Below are positions 1 to 8,447 of a stretch of DNA of 39,918 nucleotides, piece by piece. The first letter of the stretch is position 1, and every line of letters begins with the position of its first letter. Made by a program: the position numbers and the translations under genes. The stretch comes from a virus. Where the stretch lies: the IMG/VR virus record IMGVR_UViG_3300017991_000034, positions 1-39,918 of that record, one strand, 5' to 3'. Below the pieces are notes generated by a model that saw only the letters and a list, made by a program, of their open reading frames with translations, made no database searches and was not told where the DNA came from.

Positions 1-123
1 GTCCAAACATCTCTGCGTCTTTTTGTCATTAAACCTTGTAATCCAACCATAATTATGCCTCCAGATCACCAAAAAAGCGCCATGTGTCTGTCAAAATTTT
101 AATCATGCAGCCACCAGAATAAA
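1..123. repeat. Terminal direct repeat, copy 1 (identical to 39796..39918); marks a circularly closed or terminally redundant genome
   Basis: The first 123 nt (gtccaaacatctctgcg...ccagaataaa) recur exactly as the last 123 nt of the window. The repeat spans the junction between the 1210-aa ORF stop and the 595-aa ORF start. Confidence 0.95.
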
Positions 124-3100
124 TCTTAACAGTTGTTAATGCACTATCTGCAGATTGTAGTGTTGGAGGACCTGCTCCTGCAAATGTTACTTGGCCTGCT
201 CCGCCCTGACTAAACGAAATAACAGTACCTATTGGAAAGGCTACTGCTGCATTTGTCGGAACTGTTACAGTTATAGCGGCAGCATTAGTGAATGTTATAT
301 GTTTTCCAGCATCTCCTAAAACTAAAGTGTATGTAGTTCCTGTTTGATCATTAAGTGTTGTTCCTGTTGAAGCTACAGTTATAGAGCCAGCAGCATTGGT
401 AATATCTATTCCAACACCTTCAGTTAAAGTGGCTACGCTAGGGTCATTTCCGGTACTACCAACTAGTAATTGGCCATTAGTTAGTGCTGCAGAAGCTGTA
501 ATAGCACTTGTTCCAGAACCAAACAAAACGCCATGATCTGTTAATGTTGAAGCTCCAGTACCTCCGTCAGCCACAGGAACATCGGTACCATCTGCTCTGT
601 ATATATACTTGGTGCCAATTGTTACACCCGTATTTAAGTCACAAGTAGGATCATTGGCATTAGTAATAGTAATAAATGGTACATATGCTGTCCCATCAAC
701 ATCATATCCCTGTATAAGCATTGTATCTGTATCAACAGTTGTTGTTTGCAGACTTCCAGTATCAGCCATAGTAATACCAGTCATACCACTAATGGCAGCA
801 TCAAGATCTATAATTGGATCAGTAGCTGTACCAGAATCACTTAAATTTGTACCAGCTGTAACAGATGTTACCGTTCCAGAGGTTGCTGCTTGAAATGTGG
901 GTGCTGTACCTGCTCCATTTGCTGTAAGAACATATCCCGCTGTAGCTGCTCCAGTAACAACTCCTATTACATTAGCAGCTGAAGCAACTAATACATCTCC
1001 TATAGCAGCCGTACTAGGATATGTAGCTGTTGACCAAGCTGGAGGATTTCCTGTTGATCCTTGAAGGATAACACCTGTTGTTCCTACAGCTAATGATCCA
1101 ATTGGAGATCCTGTTCCATTACCAACTAGAAGAGCATTATTTGTAGTTGATGCTCCCCAATCATCTATAGTCTCCAGGGCTGATTGAACATTTGTATCGC
1201 TTGCGGATAGTATCCCATTAAAGTTAGTAACATTTGTTGTTATTAAAGACGCGTCATTAGTTCCTCCAGTAGAGACTGTTTGTCTTAATGTTGTTTTTTC
1301 TATAAGAACATCGACTATAGAACTAGAAGACTCTGAATATATTATATATCCAAGTAAAGCAGTTTCTAATTTTTCAAGCTCTCCACTTGGTTTAGCAATT
1401 GTTCCATTAGCTATAGCAGTTTGCGCTGATGTTAAATTATTATATTGAGATGTATCTAAAACTGCTCCATATTTAGGGGTAGCCGCATTTAAATCATCTT
1501 TCGAAATATATAAAGAATAAACTGCATATTTTGATACGCTAATTGCAGTTGGAGTACCTGCATTATTATAATACCCATCAAATGTATCACTTAAAGAATG
1601 TAAAGCCCATTTCCCTGATCCATTCGCGTACATTTGAAAAAACGTTTCAGCTGTTCCTCCACTGTCTGGTATATCAGTATAAAGACCATCATCACTTAAA
1701 ACATCAGCACCTGAGATCTCTATTTTTTGTGTACCATTAAGAGTAATATTTGCTCCATTATTTATATTTTCTATAATTGTTCCAACAGTATCATTTAAAT
1801 ATCTGGCTACAGGACAAGGAAAATTATATGGATGGTTTTCCTTTACAGTTAATTGATTATTTGTAGGAGTAGTAGAATCTCTAACACATTCGAATAATAC
1901 AATATTATCACAGTATATAGAATCATCAAATGTAGAGTCCTTACCTATAGTTCCGGTAGAATCTATATAAATTAAATATGCTGTTCCTGCAACTAAACCT
2001 GTTATGGTTTGCCCTCCAGTCCAGGTAACTTCTACTCCTTTTATATATCCTGTACCAGCTTGAGAAATAGTAAATGATCCTATAGTTGTATCATCAAAAT
2101 ACGGAGCTCCTCCAGACCATGAATGGAATCCAGAAGATGTTTTTAATGAATCATTAACATCTAAAGATATAGAACCTGCCCCATTAGTAACGCTTAAAAT
2201 ATTGCTAGAAGCTGCTATATTTCCAAGCACTGGATCTGCCCCTGTTGATCCTATTGGAATTTGTCCATCTGTGGCTGCTCCTAACTCTGTAATAGCTCCC
2301 GTTCCAGAGCCGACTATTAAACTATGATCTGTTATAGAAGAAACTCCTGTGCCTCCTAATGGCACAGTCAACGAAGCAACACTTCCTAATTGATGATTAC
2401 TATCTATAAGAGCTATATTTTGTGTACCTCCTGGAGTTACTCCATATATACCAGCTACGTAAGTAGTATCTTGTTGCTTATCTCCAGAACCATTAGTTCC
2501 TATACGTATAGTATTAGATTCAGCCGCTCCGTCACTGCAAATATAAATATTACTGCTATTAGCTGCTGCAGCTGAATTTCCAGCTCCATATCCAGTACCG
2601 TCAGCATTACTTCCAGATGAGGTTCCTATCATTACGTTATAAGAACCCGTTGTAACTTGATACCCAGATGTTTTACCTAGAAAAGTATTATAAACTGCTG
2701 AGGTTAAAGCGCCACCTGTAGATGTGCCTAGAAGTATATTAGCATCTCCAGTATCAATAGATTCTCCAGCTCCATCTCCTAATATTGCATTTCTTGTTCC
2801 TGAAGTTATTGATTTTAAAGCTTCAAATCCTACTGCAGTATTAAAACCTCCTATTCCAGCTGTTACAGAACCAGAACCTTCTCCTACAAAAGTATTGTAT
2901 GTTCCATAATTACTTATAAATCTAATACCACCAAAATTAACGACTCCAGAAGATCCTGTAGCCACTGTATCAGGTAAATTTAGATTACCAGTAGTTACAG
3001 TAAGGCCTGTTCCTGCAGTTACAGATCCACCAAAAGAAGGAGAATCTGTCCATCCTGGATCTGCCCCTGTTGAGCCCATAATGGTTTCACCGGTAGCTCC

Positions 3101-3685
3101 TACTGCTAAAGGAGTTATTGCAGCTGTTCCAGAGCCCACTAACACGCTATGATCCGTTAATGTAGCAAGTCCAGTTCCACCTTCTGTTACCTCTAAAGGA
3201 GTTGTTAATTGTAAATCATCGATAATAACTTGGCCGGTTCCCTTTGCGGTAATGTTTATGTCTATATCCGCATCCGTACCATCAGCTTCTAATGTTGTTC
3301 CAGAAAGAGTTAATCCTGCAGCTGCAACATCTGTATAAAATGTTGTAGCAGTTACTGTAGTTAAAGAAATAGCATCATCTAAATTTATAGTTACAGTTGA
3401 TCCTGCTGAGGTAGTTCCCATGTTAGTACCACCAGCAACAGTTAAAACATTTAACGCTGGTATAGCACTATTAGCATCGTCAGTTAGATATGAAGTTGCT
3501 ATAATTGCAGCTAAATCTATAGTCAAAGTATTAGTTCCAGGATTTCCTGTTGTTGTTATCCCTGTTCCTCCCAAAATATCTATATTACCTACCCCATCTG
3601 GGACTATAGCGCCACCAACATCACCGGTCAAAGTCAGTATAGCTGCTCCAGAAGTTGTATCTAAAAATTGTCCAATTTGGCTCAT
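53..3685 (-). CDS. Large tail fibre / receptor-binding protein (1210 aa), Gly/Thr/Ala/Ser-rich with a repeated module
   Basis: ORF track, with SD TAGGAG upstream. At least 4 copies of a ~35-aa module are present (LTDHSVLVGSGTAAITPLAVGATGETIMGSTGADPGW; ITDHSLIVGSGTGAITELGAATDGQIPIGSTGADPVL; NNALLVGNGTGSPIGSLAVGTTGVILQGSTGNPPAW; LTDHGVLFGSGTSAITASAALTNGQLLVGSTGNDPSV). The same GQ.LIG..G..P.W core occurs in the 758-aa and 863-aa ORFs. Confidence 0.7.
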   Translation of the reverse strand: MSQIGQFLDTTSGAAILTLTGDVGGAIVPDGVGNIDILGGTGITTTGNPGTNTLTIDLAAIIATSYLTDDANSAIPALNVLTVAGGTNMGTTSAGSTVTINLDDAISLTTVTATTFYTDVAAAGLTLSGTTLEADGTDADIDINITAKGTGQVIIDDLQLTTPLEVTEGGTGLATLTDHSVLVGSGTAAITPLAVGATGETIMGSTGADPGWTDSPSFGGSVTAGTGLTVTTGNLNLPDTVATGSSGVVNFGGIRFISNYGTYNTFVGEGSGSVTAGIGGFNTAVGFEALKSITSGTRNAILGDGAGESIDTGDANILLGTSTGGALTSAVYNTFLGKTSGYQVTTGSYNVMIGTSSGSNADGTGYGAGNSAAAANSSNIYICSDGAAESNTIRIGTNGSGDKQQDTTYVAGIYGVTPGGTQNIALIDSNHQLGSVASLTVPLGGTGVSSITDHSLIVGSGTGAITELGAATDGQIPIGSTGADPVLGNIAASSNILSVTNGAGSISLDVNDSLKTSSGFHSWSGGAPYFDDTTIGSFTISQAGTGYIKGVEVTWTGGQTITGLVAGTAYLIYIDSTGTIGKDSTFDDSIYCDNIVLFECVRDSTTPTNNQLTVKENHPYNFPCPVARYLNDTVGTIIENINNGANITLNGTQKIEISGADVLSDDGLYTDIPDSGGTAETFFQMYANGSGKWALHSLSDTFDGYYNNAGTPTAISVSKYAVYSLYISKDDLNAATPKYGAVLDTSQYNNLTSAQTAIANGTIAKPSGELEKLETALLGYIIYSESSSSIVDVLIEKTTLRQTVSTGGTNDASLITTNVTNFNGILSASDTNVQSALETIDDWGASTTNNALLVGNGTGSPIGSLAVGTTGVILQGSTGNPPAWSTATYPSTAAIGDVLVASAANVIGVVTGAATAGYVLTANGAGTAPTFQAATSGTVTSVTAGTNLSDSGTATDPIIDLDAAISGMTGITMADTGSLQTTTVDTDTMLIQGYDVDGTAYVPFITITNANDPTCDLNTGVTIGTKYIYRADGTDVPVADGGTGASTLTDHGVLFGSGTSAITASAALTNGQLLVGSTGNDPSVATLTEGVGIDITNAAGSITVASTGTTLNDQTGTTYTLVLGDAGKHITFTNAAAITVTVPTNAAVAFPIGTVISFSQGGAGQVTFAGAGPPTLQSADSALTTVKIYSGGCMIKILTDTWRFFGDLEA

Positions 3686-3714
3686 TATACGCTCCTAGAT
3701 ATGTTATTTATTAA

Positions 3715-4062
3715 TTAATCTTTACCATAAAAAGAAGTTAAGTAAACTGATCCTGTAGTAGGAGCGTCCACCTGTGTAACATATAATCTCTGACCTTCAG
3801 ATAAGTAGAATCCATTTTCGATAGTTTTATTACCAGAAATATCTAAAATCATATGAGAATATTGTATTAAAGGGAAATGATCAGTTACTCCATCTAGTGA
3901 AAACATTAAAGTAGCGTCTGTATAATTTTGAACCAATATCATTCTTGCAGGATGCTCTAAAGATGTCCCTACACCCATATAAACACCACCTCCAAGAATA
4001 GAACCATGTGCTATTGTTTTAACTTCTTCAGCTAAAAGACGAACTGCATTACTATATGCCAT
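3715..4062 (-). CDS. Small protein of unknown function (115 aa), paralog of the adjacent 4072..4413 gene; possible fibre accessory or assembly protein
   Basis: ORF track, with SD AAAGGA. It aligns with its neighbour: ILVQNYTDATLMFSLDGVTDH...GSVYLTSFYG versus FLRITNDSDTDVIISYDGITGH...GYIYLAGYF. Confidence 0.6.
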   Translation of the reverse strand: MAYSNAVRLLAEEVKTIAHGSILGGGVYMGVGTSLEHPARMILVQNYTDATLMFSLDGVTDHFPLIQYSHMILDISGNKTIENGFYLSEGQRLYVTQVDAPTTGSVYLTSFYGKD

Positions 4063-4071
4063 TTTATTCCT

Positions 4072-4413
4072 TTATTGTTCGTGAAAATAACCAGCAAGAT
4101 AAATATAACCAGATTGTCCAGCAGTACCTTGAGCATATAAAACAGTGCCTTTTTTAACTTTAGCAACATAGTTGCCTGGAGATGAATTAGTTTGAAAGTT
4201 TACTTCAATCGTTTTGCCTTTTGGTACATATTCATGTCCAGTTATTCCATCATAACTTATAATTACATCTGTATCAGAATCATTAGTTATACGTAAGAAA
4301 AAACAAGCCCCCTCAAGACCATCAGTATCAAACGCTGTCCATGTAGCAGCTGTTATTTCAGTTACATCTACTATAGATATAACTAAAGGGATAATGCTAT
4401 TTTTTTGAGACAT
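4072..4413 (-). CDS. Small protein of unknown function (113 aa from the ATG at 4413), tandem paralog of 3715..4062
   Basis: The ORF track starts at a TTG (4425). The ATG at 4413 is preceded by GGAGAG-N5 and is the more likely start. Confidence 0.6.
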   Translation of the reverse strand: MSQKNSIIPLVISIVDVTEITAATWTAFDTDGLEGACFFLRITNDSDTDVIISYDGITGHEYVPKGKTIEVNFQTNSSPGNYVAKVKKGTVLYAQGTAGQSGYIYLAGYFHEQ

Positions 4414-4441
4414 AATACTCTCCAATCAATTTAATATTAAA

Positions 4442-4461
4442 ATGGAGGCATATGCCTCCAT
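4442..4461 (-). terminator. Intrinsic terminator-like hairpin after the 93-aa gene
   Basis: Perfect 20-bp palindrome ATGGAGGCATATGCCTCCAT, followed on the minus strand by UUUAAUAUUAAAUU. Confidence 0.55.
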
Positions 4462-4464
4462 CGA

Positions 4465-4746
4465 TTATTTATCTTCTTTTTTTAAATCTTCAACTGAAGA
4501 CTCAGATTCTTCTTTAGCTTTTGCTTCTTTAGCCTTTGCCTCTTCTATCATTTTTTTGATGACATTTTGGCACTCTATACAAGCTTGCTCACATTCATCT
4601 AATTTAGCTCCAATTGGCATCTCAAATCTATAAACACGATTTTCTTTAACCATATTTATAATTAATGATGGAGCAATCCCAAATTTAAATTCTTTTTCTA
4701 CATTCATTTCTTCTGCTTTAATATCTTTTACTTCTTTTTCGGACAT
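4465..4746 (-). CDS. Acidic, Lys/Glu-rich small protein (93 aa), unknown function
   Basis: ORF track, with SD AAGGAG 7 nt upstream of the ATG. Confidence 0.6.
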   Translation of the reverse strand: MSEKEVKDIKAEEMNVEKEFKFGIAPSLIINMVKENRVYRFEMPIGAKLDECEQACIECQNVIKKMIEEAKAKEAKAKEESESSVEDLKKEDK

Positions 4747-4810
4747 AAAAACTCCTTAAATTAAAAAATTAAACTTACTGAAGATATTTTAACATGTTTC
4801 AAATTTTCTT

Positions 4811-4873
4811 ATTAATCATTGGGAAAATTCTATTGCTATAAATTAATAAAACAACTTTTTCCCAATGATTAAT
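4811..4873. repeat. Perfect 17-bp inverted repeat (ATTAATCATTGGGAAAA / TTTTCCCAATGATTAAT) with a 29-nt spacer
   Basis: Read directly at 4811..4827 and 4857..4873. It lies between the 758-aa fibre gene stop and the 93-aa gene. Confidence 0.85.
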
Positions 4874-4890
4874 ATCTCTAATAAATTGTT

Positions 4891-7167
4891 CTAGGGTTTT
4901 ATTATCCAGAACGTAAGTATTATGTTTCCGTTAAGGCTTGCAGCTCCTGAGTTAATAACATCTACTGTAAACGAACCTGCACCTGGTGTAATGCGTTCAA
5001 TGTTCATTTTTGCATCATTCGCACCTAAATTAGATACGCTTGCTAAAATTGCTGAACTTGCTGTGCATATAGAGTTTGTTATTGTTAATGTTTGTTTTGC
5101 TGCTGCTGCTGTGGTTAATCCTGTAAATGTACCGACCCCTGCATTTGCATTAATAGTCACTGCTGCTGCTGCTTGAGTATCGGTAGCTGGTTCTACTGAA
5201 ATTAAACCAGAAGCATTAAGCGCCATTGCTGATGTTCCAGATTCAATTACAATACCAGCTGCTCCAACCTGATTACCTATTGTAATTGTGCGCTCACCAG
5301 TAGTTCCAATATTGATATTTTGGTCTATATCATCAACCCCGATACCTATTGTTCCGCCAGAAGAATCTAATGTTATGTTTCCAGAAACACTAAGATCGAA
5401 TATTCCAGAGCCTGCATCTACTGTAATATCTCCGGTACCGTTAATATCAAGTGTTCCACCAAAAGTTCCTACACAAGATCCGGATCCTGTTTGAAGAACT
5501 AGGTTGCTTGTTGTATTTGTTGAACCGATTGTTGTTGAGTGTGCTGTAGCTGTTGCGCCAAAACTTGCATTTCCAGTTCCGCAATCAATTACGACACCGG
5601 CTGCTCCATTATTTGAACCTATGGTTGTAGTTCTTTCGCCATCTGTTGCTATGTTTACAGCTTGATCTACATCATCTGTTCCAATACCAATAGTAGAAGC
5701 TGAAGAATCTATAGATATTGCAGCTGCTGTGTCAATTGTTACTGCCCCTGTTGCATTAACATCAAATATTCCACCCGCAGTTAAAGTTAAAGCTCCTGTT
5801 CCAGCCTGAACAGTTGTTGCTGCTGCTCCTGTAGTTGAACCCAACGTAGAAGTATGCGCTACGGCATTTGTTCCTAGATTCAATGCCCCTGTACCACAAT
5901 TTACAACTACTGAAGTTGCCCCTGTACCATTACCTAAAGTAAGAGTTCGTGCAGCTGCTCCAGTACCTATATTAATATTTTGAGCTACAGCATCATTACC
6001 TATTCCAATAATACCTGCAGAAGAATTAAGTTCTAATACGCCAGCAGAGTCAACTGTAACCGCATCTGTTGAAGTTATAGCTACATCACCAGATCCAGAT
6101 TGAATTACTGTAGCTGCAGTTGTATTTGTTGAACCTACAGTTACTGTATGAGCTGCTGCATCAACACCAACATTAATTGCCCCTGTACCTGATTCTAAAT
6201 TTATTGCACCATTAGCGCCTACTACGGAAAGACCACCAGTTCCAAAATCTATATCAATTCCACCAGCAGCATCAGAAGCATTTATATTAATAGCATCAGC
6301 ACTAGCTAATCCAGAAGTAAGAGATAAACCTCCAACATCAGAAAGCAGCTCTATTGATGATACTGAAGTACCTTGATCTGAATGAAGAGATATAGTTTCA
6401 GCTGCACCTGCATCTGCGTGTAAATAAATAGATTGTGGACTATTATCATTTGAAATTATTGTACATGTACCAGATGTCATTCCAAGATTTGCTCCAGCAG
6501 TTAATGCTCCCACTGTAGTAACGTCATCAGCAAGTCTAATACGTACTGTATTTGCTGTTGCACCATCTGTAGTTATATTTGCATCGTAGCCTTCAAAAGT
6601 AGTAAGACCACCACCTGTAGGAGATACCGGACCTCCAGCATCTGTGCCAAAAGTTGAACCTGTAGCACCAGGATTTGAAATTGTAATTGTTCCAGCGCCT
6701 TCTACAATCGTTATACCGCCACCGGCAGTTAAAGTACTCCAAGATGGAGCTAAGCCTGTAGATCCTATTAAAACTTGACCATCTGTGCCTGCAGAACTGG
6801 AAAGTAATCCAGCTGCGGATGATTGAACTACACCTATCCCAAGTATGCCGAAAGTTACACTTCCAGCTGCAATATTAAGATCTCCAGCACTAGCTACAAA
6901 ATCTCCTAAAGTAGCTGTTATATTTCCAGTTGTTGCTGTAATGGAACTAAATGTACCAGTTCCACCACCAGCATTAATCCATACAGCCGAACCAGACGAT
7001 ATGCTTGTAAGAAAATAAGCATCATCATTAACAGTATCTATCCAAACTTTACCGATTTCTAGCTTATCATTAGCAGTAGGAGCACGTTTGGCTACTACTG
7101 GCGCTTCATAATATACATTCTCATATTGATTCGGAGAAAATACATCAATGTCATTTCTTAATCCCAT
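4891..7167 (-). CDS. Fibre / tailspike-like protein (758 aa) with three ~100-aa tandem beta-helix-like repeats
   Basis: ORF track, with SD AAGGAG. Repeat units begin at AAHTVTVGSTNTT, AVAHTSTLGSTTG and ATAHSTTIGSTNTT (about aa 335-650, nt ~5218..6165). An N-terminal GTDGQVLIGSTGLAPSWSTLTAGGGITI module is shared with the other fibre ORFs. Confidence 0.65.
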   Translation of the reverse strand: MGLRNDIDVFSPNQYENVYYEAPVVAKRAPTANDKLEIGKVWIDTVNDDAYFLTSISSGSAVWINAGGGTGTFSSITATTGNITATLGDFVASAGDLNIAAGSVTFGILGIGVVQSSAAGLLSSSAGTDGQVLIGSTGLAPSWSTLTAGGGITIVEGAGTITISNPGATGSTFGTDAGGPVSPTGGGLTTFEGYDANITTDGATANTVRIRLADDVTTVGALTAGANLGMTSGTCTIISNDNSPQSIYLHADAGAAETISLHSDQGTSVSSIELLSDVGGLSLTSGLASADAININASDAAGGIDIDFGTGGLSVVGANGAINLESGTGAINVGVDAAAHTVTVGSTNTTAATVIQSGSGDVAITSTDAVTVDSAGVLELNSSAGIIGIGNDAVAQNINIGTGAAARTLTLGNGTGATSVVVNCGTGALNLGTNAVAHTSTLGSTTGAAATTVQAGTGALTLTAGGIFDVNATGAVTIDTAAAISIDSSASTIGIGTDDVDQAVNIATDGERTTTIGSNNGAAGVVIDCGTGNASFGATATAHSTTIGSTNTTSNLVLQTGSGSCVGTFGGTLDINGTGDITVDAGSGIFDLSVSGNITLDSSGGTIGIGVDDIDQNINIGTTGERTITIGNQVGAAGIVIESGTSAMALNASGLISVEPATDTQAAAAVTINANAGVGTFTGLTTAAAAKQTLTITNSICTASSAILASVSNLGANDAKMNIERITPGAGSFTVDVINSGAASLNGNIILTFWIIKP

Positions 7168-7253
7168 GAAAGACTCCTTTTTAATATTAAAAAATTATAA
7201 CTAAGTACAGTTAAGATCTTTTCTAAATTTAATGCAATATATTTTAAAAAAGG

Positions 7254-7282
7254 TTGTGGGAATGTACAAATGTTGGTACAAT
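7254..7282 (+). promoter_or_regulatory. Sigma70-like promoter for the plus-strand RHH/HNH unit
   Basis: TTGTGG-N17-TACAAT, with a TG two nt upstream of the -10 box (extended -10). Confidence 0.45.
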
Positions 7283-7321
7283 GAAGTTGTTAACTTTTAT
7301 AACTTTAAGATAGGAGATTTT

Positions 7322-7483
7322 ATGAAAGATAATCCTAAAAAAGAGAAGAGATTGTCTGTTGATATTCCAGAGAGATTACATCAGCAGTTGAAATACATAG
7401 GTGTAATTAGAAATTGTTCAATGAGAACATTAATATTAAGGGCGTTAATTTCGTTTATTAAGTACGAAAGTAAGTTTAACTAA
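7322..7483 (+). CDS. Ribbon-helix-helix (Arc/CopG/MetJ-like) DNA-binding protein, 53 aa
   Basis: SD TAGGAG-N5-ATG at 7322. KRLSVDIPERLHQQLKYIGVIRNCSMRTLILRALISFI fits a beta-strand plus two-helix RHH pattern. The longer 7232 start in the ORF track lacks an SD. Confidence 0.6.
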   Translation: MKDNPKKEKRLSVDIPERLHQQLKYIGVIRNCSMRTLILRALISFIKYESKFN

Positions 7484-7500
7484 AATGCTGGGGGGCAAAA

Positions 7501-7620
7501 ATGGATAATAAGAAATTAACTTGGTTTAGTTTTTTATTAAAAATATTAAAGCTTTTAACACAATTATGGCTTTGGCCTTTTACTATTATTTATTACTTAA
7601 CAAGAAACTATTATGATTAA
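7501..7620 (+). CDS. Hydrophobic micro-protein (39 aa: MDNKKLTWFSFLLKILKLLTQLWLWPFTIIYYLTRNYYD)
   Basis: ATG preceded by GGGGGG-N4. It overlaps the HNH start by 8 nt (ATGATTAA). It is not in the ORF track, being below its size cutoff. Confidence 0.35.
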   Translation: MDNKKLTWFSFLLKILKLLTQLWLWPFTIIYYLTRNYYD

Positions 7621-8443
7621 AAAATGTTTATTTTGTGGACAAGTTTTTAAAACAAAACCTTCTCATGCAGCAAAAAGAAAATGTTGTTCCGTTAAATGCT
7701 TTTCAGCTCTAAGAAAAAATAATCGTACAAAAGAATGCATACAATGTGGTAAGCTTTTTGATCCTAAAGGAGCCAAAAAACAGAGATTTTGTTCACATAA
7801 ATGCCTTGGGCAAAATATAAGAAGGCCGGATAGATTTTGCGTAGAATGTAAAAATTTAATATTAAAACCAAGTAACTATAAATATTGCTCAAAAGAATGT
7901 TATTCAAAATATCAAAAAGGAAATGCAGGAAATCATGAATTTTGGAAAACAGCTACTAAAAAAGAAGGGCTTAAAAGACTTAGAGAACATTTTGAAAAAC
8001 ATGTAATTAAAAAAGACGGTTGTTGGGGTTGGAATGGTTCAAAAACTAAAAAATATAAAAGTTTACGATATTTGGATAAAGATATTTTAGCTCATAGAGC
8101 TTCTTGGTTATTACATAAAGAAGAAATTCCTGAGGGAATATTTATATGCCATAAATGCGATAATCCAGAATGTACAAATCCAGATCATTTATTTCTAGGA
8201 ACTCCGACTGACAATGTACGTGATATGCATAAAAAAGGTAGAGCTAAAATTTTAAAAGGAGAAAATTCTAAACAAGCAAAATTAACCGAAAAACAAGTTA
8301 TAGAAATAAAAAAAATATTATATAATTCTAATTTACCTTCAAATGAAATAGCAAAAATTTATAAAGTTAATTTTGTAACTATACACGATATTAAACATAA
8401 TAAGACCTGGAAACATATAAAAATATCCCCAGATCTTATTTAA
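7613..8443 (+). CDS. Free-standing HNH homing endonuclease (276 aa) with three N-terminal zinc-ribbon repeats and a C-terminal HTH-like tail
   Basis: The core reads CWGWNG...AHRASWLLHKEEIPEGIFICHKCDNPECTNPDHLFLGTPTDN. There are three C-x2-C-x11-14-C-x3-C repeats (CLFCG...CCSVKC; CIQCG...FCSHKC; CVECK...YCSKEC). The tail KLTEKQVIEIKKIL...IAKIYKVNFVTIHDIKHNKTW is typical of phage HNH homing endonucleases. Confidence 0.85.
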   Translation: MIKKCLFCGQVFKTKPSHAAKRKCCSVKCFSALRKNNRTKECIQCGKLFDPKGAKKQRFCSHKCLGQNIRRPDRFCVECKNLILKPSNYKYCSKECYSKYQKGNAGNHEFWKTATKKEGLKRLREHFEKHVIKKDGCWGWNGSKTKKYKSLRYLDKDILAHRASWLLHKEEIPEGIFICHKCDNPECTNPDHLFLGTPTDNVRDMHKKGRAKILKGENSKQAKLTEKQVIEIKKILYNSNLPSNEIAKIYKVNFVTIHDIKHNKTWKHIKISPDLI

Positions 8444-8447
8444 TTTA

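Noticed and set aside
609-3698. Plus-strand ORFs inside the 1210-aa fibre gene (609..893, 1543..1740, 2390..2575, 2724..2909, 3420..3698)
   Set aside because: They are antisense shadows of a long, repetitive Gly/Thr/Ala-rich minus-strand gene. They have no SD and their sequences are low-complexity. The same applies to 4922..5176, 5288..5494, 36635..36823 and 37583..37849 inside the other fibre genes.
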